A stretch of 64,000 nt of DNA, from the NCBI GenBank assembly GCA_963804165.1, contig CAWDPO010000017.1, positions 32,001 to 96,000 of the forward strand, read 5' to 3'. Position 1 is the stretch's first letter, and each line of letters starts with the position of its first letter. Below the pieces are notes generated by a model. The model was not told where the DNA came from and did no database searches. It saw nothing but the letters and a program-made list of their open reading frames with translations. This DNA comes from an uncultured delta proteobacterium. GTDB taxonomy: Bacteria > Desulfobacterota > Binatia > UBA9968. The translations under genes were made by a program, and so were the position numbers. Shown here in pieces: positions 29,258 to 39,286 of the stretch.

Positions 29258-30127
29258 TCACGGTGCTAAGAGAAAATCCAAAACGACCTGGTTGAACTTC
29301 TCCACCTCGTCATTTTGTACCTGGTGTCCCGAATGTTCGAAGACATGGAACGCACGCAAATTCGGCAGCATGTCGCGCAACGGATAGCCCAGCTCGTCGA
29401 TGGGGGCGAATCTATCTTCCTTGCCCCAGATCATAATGGTGGGAATCGTGAGTTCCGGCAATCGGTGCAGCATACTGTACTGCTGGCGCAGATTCGGATC
29501 GTTCTGAAGCCGCTGGCGGTAGTTTTGCTGCAGTTTCTGTGACCTCATGGCTCCCGGTTGGGTTGCCAGCTTGAACCGTCCCTCAATGAGCTCGTCCGTA
29601 ATGCCCGCCTTGTTGGACACCAGCCCTTCGAGGACTGCGCGCATGTTCTCTCGTGTCGGTTCCGAGTCGAAGCGCCGCATTGCCCGCATCCCCTCGGATG
29701 GCTTATGTTCGAGTCCCATGGCGGCTCCGATGGACCCCGAGGCCACGAGCACCATCTTCTTAACGCGATCCGGAAAATCGAGGGCGTACCTCGCGACTCC
29801 ATAGGCGCCCATGGAGTTGCCGATCATGTACACCTCCTTCAGGCAGACAGCATCGATGAAGTCCGCAAGGTGCCTGGCGAGCACCGGATCGCCGAGTTCG
29901 TCCTCGGGTGTGTCCGTGAGGCCGAAACCGATGCGGTCGAGAGCGAAGACTTGAAAATGTTGCGCCAGGACCGGAATGTTTCGCCACCAGCCATATTCCC
30001 CGCTTGAGCCGGGACCGCCTCCGTGGACGAGGACTACCGGCCGACCCTGACCTGCTACAATGAAACGTGTCTTGACTCCATTTGCGTTGACGAAAAGTGA
30101 TTGGAAAGTATTGGTCGGCGTTGCCAT
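29258..30127 (-). CDS. Meta-cleavage product hydrolase-like alpha/beta hydrolase (BphD/CarC/MhpC family)
   Basis: VHGGGPG, GNSMG, WGKEDRF and SGHQVQ. Confidence 0.85.
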   Translation of the reverse strand: MATPTNTFQSLFVNANGVKTRFIVAGQGRPVVLVHGGGPGSSGEYGWWRNIPVLAQHFQVFALDRIGFGLTDTPEDELGDPVLARHLADFIDAVCLKEVYMIGNSMGAYGVARYALDFPDRVKKMVLVASGSIGAAMGLEHKPSEGMRAMRRFDSEPTRENMRAVLEGLVSNKAGITDELIEGRFKLATQPGAMRSQKLQQNYRQRLQNDPNLRQQYSMLHRLPELTIPTIMIWGKEDRFAPIDELGYPLRDMLPNLRAFHVFEHSGHQVQNDEVEKFNQVVLDFLLAP

Positions 30128-30504
30128 CTATTTCTTACCCCCTCGTTGTTTTTGGTCCCACGTTCTCAGGTCTTCTGTGCCCATGCATACTAAATTTAAG
30201 CCGCTCTTTTATTCTATCACCGAAGCCTTACCGCTTAACCAGCAGGGTTGTCAACTTCGTTACTGATTTGATGAAAATCTCACTGTTGTACGGCTTGGCT
30301 CGGCGGAGGAGCGGTCGGGGTGCGCGCGCGAAAGGTTGCTTAGGCGGTGACTTTTTGAGTTTGGAAGTTTAGGACGATCAGCGGGCACGCATCGCTAGTA
30401 TCAATCGCTGGATCAGCAAGCATCGGGACATAACGTTCTTCTAGACTTGTTCTCACGGATGGAGTAATGAAAAATTGAGTTAACATCGGGAGAGGAATTG
30501 CAGT

Positions 30505-31638
30505 ATGGCCAAGGCTGGATTCAAAGTGTTCGACAGCGACATGCATGTTATGGAGCCACCTGATCTATGGCAGCGCTACATTGAACCCGAGTTCAAAGAG
30601 TTCGCCCCCATAGGACTTACCAGTGATAACTTGCGGGAACTTAGAATGGTCCACCCCGATGGGAGACCATGGGGACACAACCCATCTAGAGACAACACTC
30701 GTCGTCCCCCCGATGGAGGGAAAAATTTCGAACGCACTCAATCGGTTTATCGGCACTACGCCGATCATGGATGGTCTGCCAAAATGCAGCTCGATGCCAT
30801 GGATGTGGAAGGAGTTGATGTCGCCGTGCTGTACCCTACACGGGGACTCATTGCCCTGGCAGAACCTAACATGGAGCCGCGTCTCGCGGCGGCCATTGCC
30901 CGAGCTTACAACAATTGGCTCTACGAATTCTGCAGTGAGGATCCGCAGCGACTCTTCGGTGCCGCCATGATCTCGCCATTCGATATCAACGAAGCGGTAA
31001 AAGAAGCCCGCCGCTGCTCCAAGGAACTGGGCTTCAAGGCGGCTTTCATCCGCGCCAACCTCTTCAACGGAAAGAATTGGTACGACGAGTACTACGATCC
31101 CCTGTGGTCCACATTTGAAGAGTTGGACCTTCCCCTTGGTTTCCATGAGGCCACGCGGAGCGGTGTAAACAATCCCGGCGAGCGTTTCGAACCGAACTTC
31201 ATGCTCCGAAGGGTGTACTCCCAGCCCCTGGAACAGATGATGGCCTTAGGAAGTTTTTGCGCAGGGGGCGTTTTGGCCCGCCACCCGAAGCTCAGAGTCG
31301 CGTTCCTGGAAGGCAACTGCAGCTGGTTACCCTGGGTTCTGTGGCGGCTAGACGAAGCCGTTGAACTCGACGGCGACGTCTGGGCCAAGGGTTTGACCAT
31401 GGCACCCAGCGAGTACTTCAAAAAAAATTGTATCGTATCCGTCGAGCCCGATGAACATATCGCCCGGGGCGTGATCGATCAGTTAGGATGCGATCACATA
31501 GTCGTTTCTACCGACTATCCCCATGTAGACTCCCGTTTTCCCGATGCCATCGAAAATTTCTTAAAGTTGCCATGGACTGACGATGAAAAGCGAAAGATAC
31601 TTTGGGATAATTGTGCTTCCTACTATGGATTTCTTTAG
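30505..31638 (+). CDS. Amidohydrolase_2 family protein
   Basis: DSDMHVMEP, AYNNWL, LGFHE and STDYPHVD. Confidence 0.9.
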   Translation: MAKAGFKVFDSDMHVMEPPDLWQRYIEPEFKEFAPIGLTSDNLRELRMVHPDGRPWGHNPSRDNTRRPPDGGKNFERTQSVYRHYADHGWSAKMQLDAMDVEGVDVAVLYPTRGLIALAEPNMEPRLAAAIARAYNNWLYEFCSEDPQRLFGAAMISPFDINEAVKEARRCSKELGFKAAFIRANLFNGKNWYDEYYDPLWSTFEELDLPLGFHEATRSGVNNPGERFEPNFMLRRVYSQPLEQMMALGSFCAGGVLARHPKLRVAFLEGNCSWLPWVLWRLDEAVELDGDVWAKGLTMAPSEYFKKNCIVSVEPDEHIARGVIDQLGCDHIVVSTDYPHVDSRFPDAIENFLKLPWTDDEKRKILWDNCASYYGFL

Positions 31639-32125
31639 GGGATGCAGGCCGGATCTGAAATAAGATGAGTTCTCCTCCAGGGAAGCTATGTAAATTCTTT
31701 GAGGACATCCTATAATCTTTCTGTCAAGTAGTAGTTTTGAAAAACTTATCCGTCAACTTCATCAGCCATAGAAAAGCGTCCTTGCTAACGTCGCGAACGG
31801 CGAGTCTCCCACTTTAATCGAACTCTGCATCTAAGCGTTACAAGTATCCGGCATACATTGTTCAGTTGCCCAACATCCCTTATCCAGGTTGCAGCCGTTC
31901 AGTGAGAGAGGCCCCTGAAATTGTCCCGTACGAGGTCCATTAGGCTGTCAACGTAGTTGATCGGGGTCCTCTCTCGCCCGCAGAACCGATTCCGTTACGG
32001 ACCGGCTCGGCAGTACAGCCCTAGGGGATGTAGTTGATTTAGTTGATCAGTTTTAGAAAGCGAAAATCACAACCAGAAAATCAACGACCTACACCCACCA
32101 CAACCGCGTGAACGATCTCTGGGCA

Positions 32126-32472
32126 GTATAGGAAATTTAACTCCCCTGGTTTTTCTGACCGGAGATATATCGCTCAACCGGCGAGCGTTTCGATCATCGG
32201 AGAGCGAACTGAAATTCGCGGTTTTGCTTCGGTGGGCTCGGACAACGCAGAGGTCGGATCGCCGGCAAGTGTTACAATCTCACCGCTTGCTCGCACTGAG
32301 AGCGAGCGTTTCCATCGGCTTGGGTCGCTCAGCGGTTTGGGCTTCACCGATTGTCTGGAATAGATCGACTCGGCGAGCTGGGGCACGGGGCGGGGCGCGG
32401 GTAGGTAGGCCGAGATGGCTGAGGATTTTGACAATCACCGGCGGATATTCGATCGCGGCAATGATCTTCAAA
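32126..32472 (-). mobile_element. IS91/ISCR-family remnant: transposase C-terminal tail plus oriIS end
   Basis: LKIIAAIEYPPVIVKILSHLGLPTRAPPRAPARRVDLFQ, then TTAAATTTCCTATAC at 32140-32126. Confidence 0.8.
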
Positions 32473-32522
32473 GCGCAAAAACACAAAAAGTAATTGAACT
32501 TGTGATTGAATCTGCGTGTGCT
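32473..32522 (+). pseudogene. Last codons and downstream flank of a paralog of the binding-protein gene 21895..23019
   Basis: gcgcaaaaacacaaaaagtaattgaac...gaatctgcgtgt matches 22999-23046. Confidence 0.7.
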
Positions 32523-32565
32523 TATCGTTGAAATTTGCTGGACGTGCGAAAACTTCTCAGAAAAC

Positions 32566-32677
32566 TCACCACGGAGGTCACAGAGAACACAGAGGAAAAG
32601 ACCGAGAGAAAGACTATTTTTAAAAAAATAGGAACCTCTCTCTCCCCCCTCTGTGAACTCTGTGCGCTCTGTGGTGA
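32566..32677. repeat. Long intergenic hairpin of 9-nt CACAGAG units
   Basis: tcaccacggaggtcacagagaacacagagg ... cctctgtgaactctgtgcgctctgtggtga. Confidence 0.8.
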
Positions 32678-32708
32678 ATGATCCGAATTCTTTTGCTGCC
32701 GCGCTGCA

Positions 32709-33747
32709 TCAGGTAGGACGAAAAAGGCACACGCATTTGCTCGAGTTGAAGATGTAGCACTCTGCCCAAGCCAGGATTTCGGCCTTGCGGTCATCCATGG
32801 CACCCGCCAAGCAAATCCAATTTAAGAACTCATGTTGACCGGCGTCTCGGATCAACACTGGGTCCAAGCCCCGCCACTTCCGGTGCTCACCGCTTTTCAG
32901 TTCCGCAAGTCGCTGGCGGTCTGTTTCTACGTCCGGCCATAGATAATAGTTCTTCGTTGTGAGCGACGCATGGGACCAGCTGGATGAACCGATCACAACC
33001 GCGCGCCAGGGGCTTTGTTTGATAATTTCCGCCACCGCCTTACCAAGATCATAGCAACGCCAGGGTGGTGGCGACGGAGGTGGCGGCTCAGAAACGTTTT
33101 CTAAAAGCCGACCGATCATCTTCGTGACTGGATACTGTATCATTGGGGACACGCAGATCTCTCCCATAACAATTTACCGTCAGCGGAATAATTGGGTAGT
33201 CAAAGCCTCTCTTGTCCAGGTCCAAGTACTGCATCGTTGTCGTAAAGGCATGCCCGTATTTCTCTTGATTGCGCAAACTCCAGCAGCAGGCCACGTCGAA
33301 TCCCTTTGTCACCAACCCCTGGACCAAATAATTACCAATCTGCTTGCTTCCCTTGATGTTCGCACGCTCGTCTTTAGAGTCAGGCGAATCTTTTACTGGA
33401 ATGTTATCGATAGCGAAGACGGCGAAGGGTGGAATACAGTCTTCTTTGAAAACCTCATACTGGTCGTCACCAAAAATGAGAACAAAATCTGGCTTGAATT
33501 CGTCGATGCACTCACGGGCCTTTCGATAGGCCGGCTGTAGTATTCGTTGGTACTCTGCGGCGAAGGCCATCCCTTCATCGCCGCCCCACTCCTCCTGCAT
33601 CTTTTTCGGCCAGTTCTTTGGGTCCTTCATATGAGCCGGCGTAAGTTCGCTTTGCAAATTGCGGCGCAAGTAAATATCCGTTAGACGCTGCAGCGGCCCC
33701 GAAATTCCCGGCCCGTGACTACAACCAATACCAAGAATCTCTCCCAT
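32709..33747 (-). CDS. Second LigB-like extradiol dioxygenase, frameshifted near 33135
   Basis: MGEILGIGCSHGP and FGDDQYE in ORF 33088..33822; SSSWSH and GQHEFLNW in ORF 32709..33167; paralog of 23348..24499. Confidence 0.75.
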
Positions 33748-33803
33748 AACATCCTCCCGGTTCGGACTGAACGATGAACCAAAATCTGGTCCGCGAAACC
33801 CTT

Positions 33804-34964
33804 CTAGGGCTCTCCGAAGCATTTCGTCGCGTTGTCCCAGAGCATTTTTCGCATGACCTCATCGCCCAGAGATTTCCACGCCAGTACCACGTCGGTGGAC
33901 CCCGGAAAGCGGGATTCGGGGTGAGGGTAATCGGACGAATACATTAACAAGCCGTCGCCGAGATAGTCGCTGACCATTTTGGCCATCTTCTCGCCTTCAT
34001 GGATCACCAGGCTGGCGAAAAAGCGCCCGCTGGTGATGTACTCGCTGGGTTTGTGAGCCAGATTCTCCGGCAGTGCGTAAGAGATGTAGTCGCTTTGGTC
34101 GTCCAACCGCGCTGCCCAAAACGGCAGCCAGCCAAAGCCGGACTCGAGGATGCAGTAGCGAATATTCGGGTATCGCTCCATGATACCGGCGCCGAAAAAT
34201 GCCGCCATCGCTCGCATCGCAGCCCACGGATGCGAGGCACTCCGGCCGAGGAACGGGTTGTCCCAGAGGTCGCGGTAGCCAGGGAAACCCTCGGTAAAAC
34301 TGTGATGCGCGACACAGAGCCCGGCTTCGTTCGCCACGGCCCAGATCGGCTCCAGATCTGGGTGATCGATGGGAAAGCCTTCATCCAAGTGCGGATAGAT
34401 CCCCGCAACCCATGCCGCGCGCGCCCAGGTTTTGATTTCTTCCACGGATACGTCAACCGCTTTATTGCTCACCACGACGAGAGATTTGAGCCGATGGGGA
34501 TATTTACTGCAAAAGTCGTTCGTAAAGCGGTGACCCGCGCGAATAAATCCAACCTCGATCTCAACGTCATCCGAAGGCGGCGGCGTTGGAGGAAGCATGA
34601 GCTGGACATCGACTCCTTCTTCATCCATGTCGCAAATGCGCGCTTCGAAATTGTCATCGGAAACGCCGGGTGTCGGAAAGCGGCTACCCATAAATTTTGG
34701 GTGATGCCGCTTAACCTCTTCCCTCGGACCCGCTTCGCCTAAAATCCGCAGTTTCTGGCGCCAGCCGGATCTTTTCTTAAACTGATAGCGGTGACGATAG
34801 GGCGGTTCCAAAATCTCGCCGGACCAGCCTACACGAAATGGAACTTTAAAGCTCTCCCACTCTGGCATCCGCTTGCGGATATTGGCATCGAAATAGGGCT
34901 CCAGGGTTTCCACATTTGGAGCGAGGTGCGTATCCGAATCAAAAATCTTAAAACGTTGGCGCAT
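33804..34964 (-). CDS. Amidohydrolase_2 family protein
   Basis: DSDTH, LESGFGWLPFW and SSDYPHPE. Confidence 0.9.
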   Translation of the reverse strand: MRQRFKIFDSDTHLAPNVETLEPYFDANIRKRMPEWESFKVPFRVGWSGEILEPPYRHRYQFKKRSGWRQKLRILGEAGPREEVKRHHPKFMGSRFPTPGVSDDNFEARICDMDEEGVDVQLMLPPTPPPSDDVEIEVGFIRAGHRFTNDFCSKYPHRLKSLVVVSNKAVDVSVEEIKTWARAAWVAGIYPHLDEGFPIDHPDLEPIWAVANEAGLCVAHHSFTEGFPGYRDLWDNPFLGRSASHPWAAMRAMAAFFGAGIMERYPNIRYCILESGFGWLPFWAARLDDQSDYISYALPENLAHKPSEYITSGRFFASLVIHEGEKMAKMVSDYLGDGLLMYSSDYPHPESRFPGSTDVVLAWKSLGDEVMRKMLWDNATKCFGEP

Positions 34965-35266
34965 TTGTGCTTCCTCCTTGCGCGCAAAGCAGCGACTTTA
35001 CGCTATCCATAACACAACCATCGGCCTCGTGAACAACGGCTGTTTAGCGCTAGCACAGATAAAACCGGATACGATTTTCGTTCCGGATGGCTGCGCAACT
35101 CGCATGCAGACCGCGGCGAAACCCGTTCCGAAGAGTCCGGTGCAAGTAGTCAACACCGCGTGGCAGCCTGGTGAGCGCAACGTCAAGAGACTTGCGCGAC
35201 ACAGACCGGGAGCCAATAGCGGCGCAGCAATTCGCCTGCAGGTTGTCCAGGTCCGACTCTCACCGA

Positions 35267-36139
35267 TCACTGCCAATAAAGTTTTCGATAGGTATCGATG
35301 AGCAGGTCATCCTGGCTGCCGCTCAAAAACTCCAGCAGCGTGCGGTTGAACTCGACGTCCCGCTCGTATTGCGGCCAGTGCCCTGATTTGTCAACTAGCA
35401 CGAAGCGCGAGCCGGGCACGCTCTGGTGCACTTTGAACGCTACCGGCCATGGGCAGGTGGGATTGTGCGTCGTCCAGAAAAACAGAATCGGTGCTTGAAG
35501 CTTGGGGATCTTGTCAATCAAGTGATAGATTTTCCGGTCCCGGGCTTGTAGCACTTCTTGCATCGCGGGGTTGCTGTAAATCTTCAGCCGGATATCGACC
35601 AACTCGTCGGGCAGAACTTTTGGATCGTGAAACAACCATTCCATGCGCTTGCGGATCGTCTCCTTGGTTGGAGTTCCGGTTGCTTCGCGGGTTAGCTCTT
35701 GGAGCTGAGTCAGTCCCGCCGTGTAGCCATGCTCGTTGGACGGAATCCCGCCGACAATGAGGGCCAGCCGATTGACTCGTTCTGGGTGTTCTGACGCGGT
35801 CAGCACGCTGATCTGCCCACCCTGAGATTCGCCAACTAGGTGAGCCTTTTTAACGCCCGCCGCATCCATGAAATCGAGCAAGTGTTTGGAGAAGTTCGGC
35901 AGGTTGTAGGTGATTTTAGGTTTGTCGGTGAAGCCATGGCCGAGGTAGTCAATCGCCAACACGCGGAACTTTTCCGCGAGTGGAATCAAGTTGCGCACCC
36001 ATGTCTCGGCGTGGCCGCCGCTGCCGTGCAGTAGAATCACCGGCTCGCCCTCGCCTTTCTCAAAGCAGCGGGTGCGAACCCCCCCGGCGTTGTAGTAGCG
36101 CTCATACTTTGCGTAGGTTTCTAGTTCCTGTGATGCCAT
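35267..36139 (-). CDS. Alpha/beta hydrolase (C-C hydrolase-like)
   Basis: LHGSGGHAE, GESQGG and SGHWPQYE; the last about 15 residues may come from a junction. Confidence 0.85.
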   Translation of the reverse strand: MASQELETYAKYERYYNAGGVRTRCFEKGEGEPVILLHGSGGHAETWVRNLIPLAEKFRVLAIDYLGHGFTDKPKITYNLPNFSKHLLDFMDAAGVKKAHLVGESQGGQISVLTASEHPERVNRLALIVGGIPSNEHGYTAGLTQLQELTREATGTPTKETIRKRMEWLFHDPKVLPDELVDIRLKIYSNPAMQEVLQARDRKIYHLIDKIPKLQAPILFFWTTHNPTCPWPVAFKVHQSVPGSRFVLVDKSGHWPQYERDVEFNRTLLEFLSGSQDDLLIDTYRKLYWQ

Positions 36140-36289
36140 TTTTTTTCTCCTTTTATTGTCCAGCTTAAAACTAATATTGGTATCTTCTGAGTTACTCCCA
36201 CGCCGCCACTTGGTGCGACATCTGGATTTCTTTACGTTCCGCCGCCGATTGTAAAATCGCCAGGCAAACTTCCAGCGGGAAAAATTACA

Positions 36290-36345
36290 GGGTCAGGCGT
36301 GCATAATTGAAAATTTGGGGTTGGCGAGTTTACTGTACAGTTGCG
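36290..36345 (-). mobile_element. RAYT-type 3' end remnant (...AATTATGCACGCCTGACCC)
   Basis: Short peptide tail (KFSIMHA*) ending in CTGACCC, the terminal motif seen at several other junctions in this window; the RAYT link is recalled knowledge, not verified. Confidence 0.45.
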
Positions 36346-36354
36346 CATGTCTGA

Positions 36355-36466
36355 CCGCTTCCATGTGGCCAGCGTTTGCCTTGTCGCGCGCTGCAATCAA
36401 GCGATCCGGTCGCAGCAGGCTGCCGACATGGTCCGCCCGTGCGCTCCAAACATCACTTGTCGCCAT
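36355..36466 (-). pseudogene. 5' fragment of a cobalamin-independent methionine synthase-like gene
   Basis: RBS GAGGGG; MATSDVWSARADHVGSLLRPDRLIAAR; truncated after about 37 codons. Confidence 0.75.
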
Positions 36467-36530
36467 GGATTGCCCCTCAATCACCGGTTGGCCTCATCGT
36501 TGGGGAAAATGTAAGTCAAGCGCTTTCCGG

Positions 36531-37457
36531 TCAGGCCATAATCTGAATCAGCGCATCGATGAAGCCTTCGTCGTCAAGCTCCTTGACCCAATGCATGTCC
36601 CAGAGAGCCAGTGGATTTAGGCGCTGGGCGCCGTATTCCTCGCAAGCGATCTCGTAGGTGGCGGCCAGGGCCTGCAGCGTCGGATACGGTTTGATCTGCA
36701 GCTTCCCAACGATGGCGTCAAAATGTTTCTCCATCTCATGCACATCGCTAATTTTCATCCGCTGCATCGGCTCTCCCGTGACAACTTTCATGGCTTCCTG
36801 CTTGTGATGCTTCATCCAGCAAATCCCATGAATGACCGCCTTCACATAGTTTTTTAATATGGCAGATTTCTCGCGCGCGAACTCGGCGGTGCACGCCTGG
36901 GCGTAATGGCTCACCACCGCAAGTTCGGGCACCGGGAGAAATTTTAAGCCGGCTTGCAAAGGCTCGGCTTGATAGAGCGGGTCCATGAAACAGGCGATGC
37001 ATTCGCCACTGACAACTTTCTTCCACTGTCCCCACCTTCCCACGTCCGCATCCTTGAAGATGGGAACTCCCACTTTGCCCTCTAATCCCATCATCCTCAG
37101 CCAGAGCGTAACAGTATAAGGCCGGCCCGAATCCCTGACCGCCATATTCTTGCCAGTGAATTCGCTCACGTTTTCGACATGCTTGGGCACCATCAAATCC
37201 AAACCACGGAGGATTCGGGGGGCGCAAAAGAAAGTTATTTTCTTCCCTTTGGTCGCTTCGGCGTAAAGAAATTCCACGTGGTCGATCAACACATCGGCTG
37301 AATCGTTGAACAGCGAAGCTTCGAACTCGCCATAATCTTTGATCTTCAAAACCTCAACGTTGATTCCATAATGTTTCGCGCCCATTTCTTTGATGCAGTA
37401 GATGACCGGAGTTCGATCATCGTCGCGATAGGCGACTCTCACAGTGTCCATAGACAT
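36531..37457 (-). CDS. NMT1/SsuA-like periplasmic-binding-fold protein with no signal peptide
   Basis: EFTGKNMAV, LKNYVKAVIHGI and WDMHWVKELDDEGFID; N-terminus has no hydrophobic leader. Confidence 0.75.
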   Translation of the reverse strand: MSMDTVRVAYRDDDRTPVIYCIKEMGAKHYGINVEVLKIKDYGEFEASLFNDSADVLIDHVEFLYAEATKGKKITFFCAPRILRGLDLMVPKHVENVSEFTGKNMAVRDSGRPYTVTLWLRMMGLEGKVGVPIFKDADVGRWGQWKKVVSGECIACFMDPLYQAEPLQAGLKFLPVPELAVVSHYAQACTAEFAREKSAILKNYVKAVIHGICWMKHHKQEAMKVVTGEPMQRMKISDVHEMEKHFDAIVGKLQIKPYPTLQALAATYEIACEEYGAQRLNPLALWDMHWVKELDDEGFIDALIQIMA

Positions 37458-37779
37458 CAAACCTTCCTGCTGCTCGAGCGAAATGCTTGCGGCGACCAAA
37501 AGCTTCCTGCGGCTCGACAAAATTGTTTTCGATGCAAGGTCAACTTGACACCGATGAACCTAGCACGCTTTCGCAATTCCGAAAACGTGGGAACGAGCGG
37601 CGTCCGCAGAAATGTTTGCATTCAATCGCTGCGCCGTCGCGCAGGGCGCAGAGCTTTGATGGCGATTTGCGGATGGACAGGGCCGCCCACGCCGCAGTCG
37701 GTCGGGCAATGGTGGCGAGTCGTCGATGACGGTGTTTGTTCAGCAGTCGTCTTCGGTTCTTGCTCTCAACGATTAAGAC

Positions 37780-39033
37780 TCAGGGGTTCTTCCAGGTGTC
37801 CCACGTCCGGAGGATCTGTCCGGCGATCTTGTCTGGGTCCGCGCCGGGGATCGGTTCGAACTTCTGCAGCCGGCCGGCGAAGCAATCTGCCAGGTACAAA
37901 TTGCCGAGTTGATCGGTGGTGATCCCGTGTGAACAGTTGAGCCGGCCAGCTTGGGGACCGGGAGCGCCCCAGGCGTACAGGAAGTTTCCGTTCAGATCGA
38001 ATTTGAGGATCCGACTCGTGGGCGCATCGCCGACCCAGATGAATCCCTTGTCGTCGATGAAGTGATTCACCATGAGGGTGGGCTGATTGGCAGGCCAGTG
38101 CGGTGATTTGAGCGGCCACATATCGAGGAACTTTCCGTTCTCGTCGAAGACCTGCATCCGTGCGTGTCCGCGGTCGATGACGAAGAGCCGGCGGTCCGCG
38201 CTGATCGCGATGCTGTGGACGGTATTCCACTCGTTCGGTCCCGGGTTCTTGGGATCCTTGGGCGGCCCGCCCCAGTCCATGATGAAGTTGTCATTCGCGT
38301 CGTACTTGACGACGCGTGTGCCGCCGTAGCCATCGGTGATGAAGTAGGTTCCGTCGGGCAGCCACGCAATGTCGGTCGGCCGGTCAAAGGTGTTCGGCCC
38401 ACGACCGCGCACGCCGAGCTGCCCTTTGCTGTGCACCAGTTTACCGTCCTGCGTAAAGCGGTAAATCATGTGGAGCTGGTCGTCGATGATCCAGACGTGC
38501 TTCTGTTTATCGTAGGGGCTGATCTTGATCTGGTGCGGCCCGCGACCGCAGGGAAACTTCGAGAACAGCTCATCGAGGTGCGGCCACTCGCCGACGAGGT
38601 TGCCCTGGCGATCGAGCACGATGATCGAGTGCTGGAACCGGCGCTCCCATCCGCGCTTTTTATCAGCCTGGCAGGTGGCCGTTAAGCCGTCCGAGTTTCC
38701 GCTAGCGTTGCCGCGCGACGGATTGAGCGCCGCGTAGGGTGTCCAAGGAGCGGCGTCCTTCGGCAACGGCAGCTCGCCGCGCATGGCGACCCAGATTCGG
38801 TCGGGGGTTTCTGCGTAGACGCCGCCAAAGGATCCCCAGGTCCAACCGTCGTGCGAGTGACGCGTGTCCGGCAACGGCTTGGGCCATCCTTCGACGACCC
38901 TGTAGTGACCCGTAGGCCAGTCCTGGTGGCTCCATCGACCCGACCGCGTAGCGCCAGTGCTACACGCCACCGCGCCGATCGACAACAGCGCGCAGCCAAC
39001 GATCAGCCGCGCGAAAGAATGGTTGCGAGACAT
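37780..39033 (-). CDS. NHL-repeat beta-propeller lipoprotein (peptidyl-alpha-hydroxyglycine lyase-like)
   Basis: Lipobox AVAC; FDRPTDIAWLPDGTYFITDGYG; WNTVHSIA; DRGHARMQVFD. Confidence 0.8.
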   Translation of the reverse strand: MSRNHSFARLIVGCALLSIGAVACSTGATRSGRWSHQDWPTGHYRVVEGWPKPLPDTRHSHDGWTWGSFGGVYAETPDRIWVAMRGELPLPKDAAPWTPYAALNPSRGNASGNSDGLTATCQADKKRGWERRFQHSIIVLDRQGNLVGEWPHLDELFSKFPCGRGPHQIKISPYDKQKHVWIIDDQLHMIYRFTQDGKLVHSKGQLGVRGRGPNTFDRPTDIAWLPDGTYFITDGYGGTRVVKYDANDNFIMDWGGPPKDPKNPGPNEWNTVHSIAISADRRLFVIDRGHARMQVFDENGKFLDMWPLKSPHWPANQPTLMVNHFIDDKGFIWVGDAPTSRILKFDLNGNFLYAWGAPGPQAGRLNCSHGITTDQLGNLYLADCFAGRLQKFEPIPGADPDKIAGQILRTWDTWKNP

Positions 39034-39286
39034 GAAGCCTCCAGGGGAATTACTCATCGCTTTTCATCAACGAGTAGGATTCCTCAATAAGGTAGAGGAA
39101 AATTCAAGCAAGTTTTTTTCCGGCCCGAGCAATACCGCACGACCGGGAAAGTTGTCAATCACCTTCTGTCTGCGGAAGCTTCGGCCGGCATGGGCACCGC
39201 AGCAGTCGGAGCGAGAAGGCTAACAAATCGTTACCGATGAACTCGAGCTTGTTGACCGGCGTCTGGGATTACGTTTCAATTCAGCG

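Noticed and set aside
39218-39260. Possible attC (GGCTAAC...GTTGACC) before DUF3500
   Set aside because: Cores are present but the inner arms do not pair convincingly.
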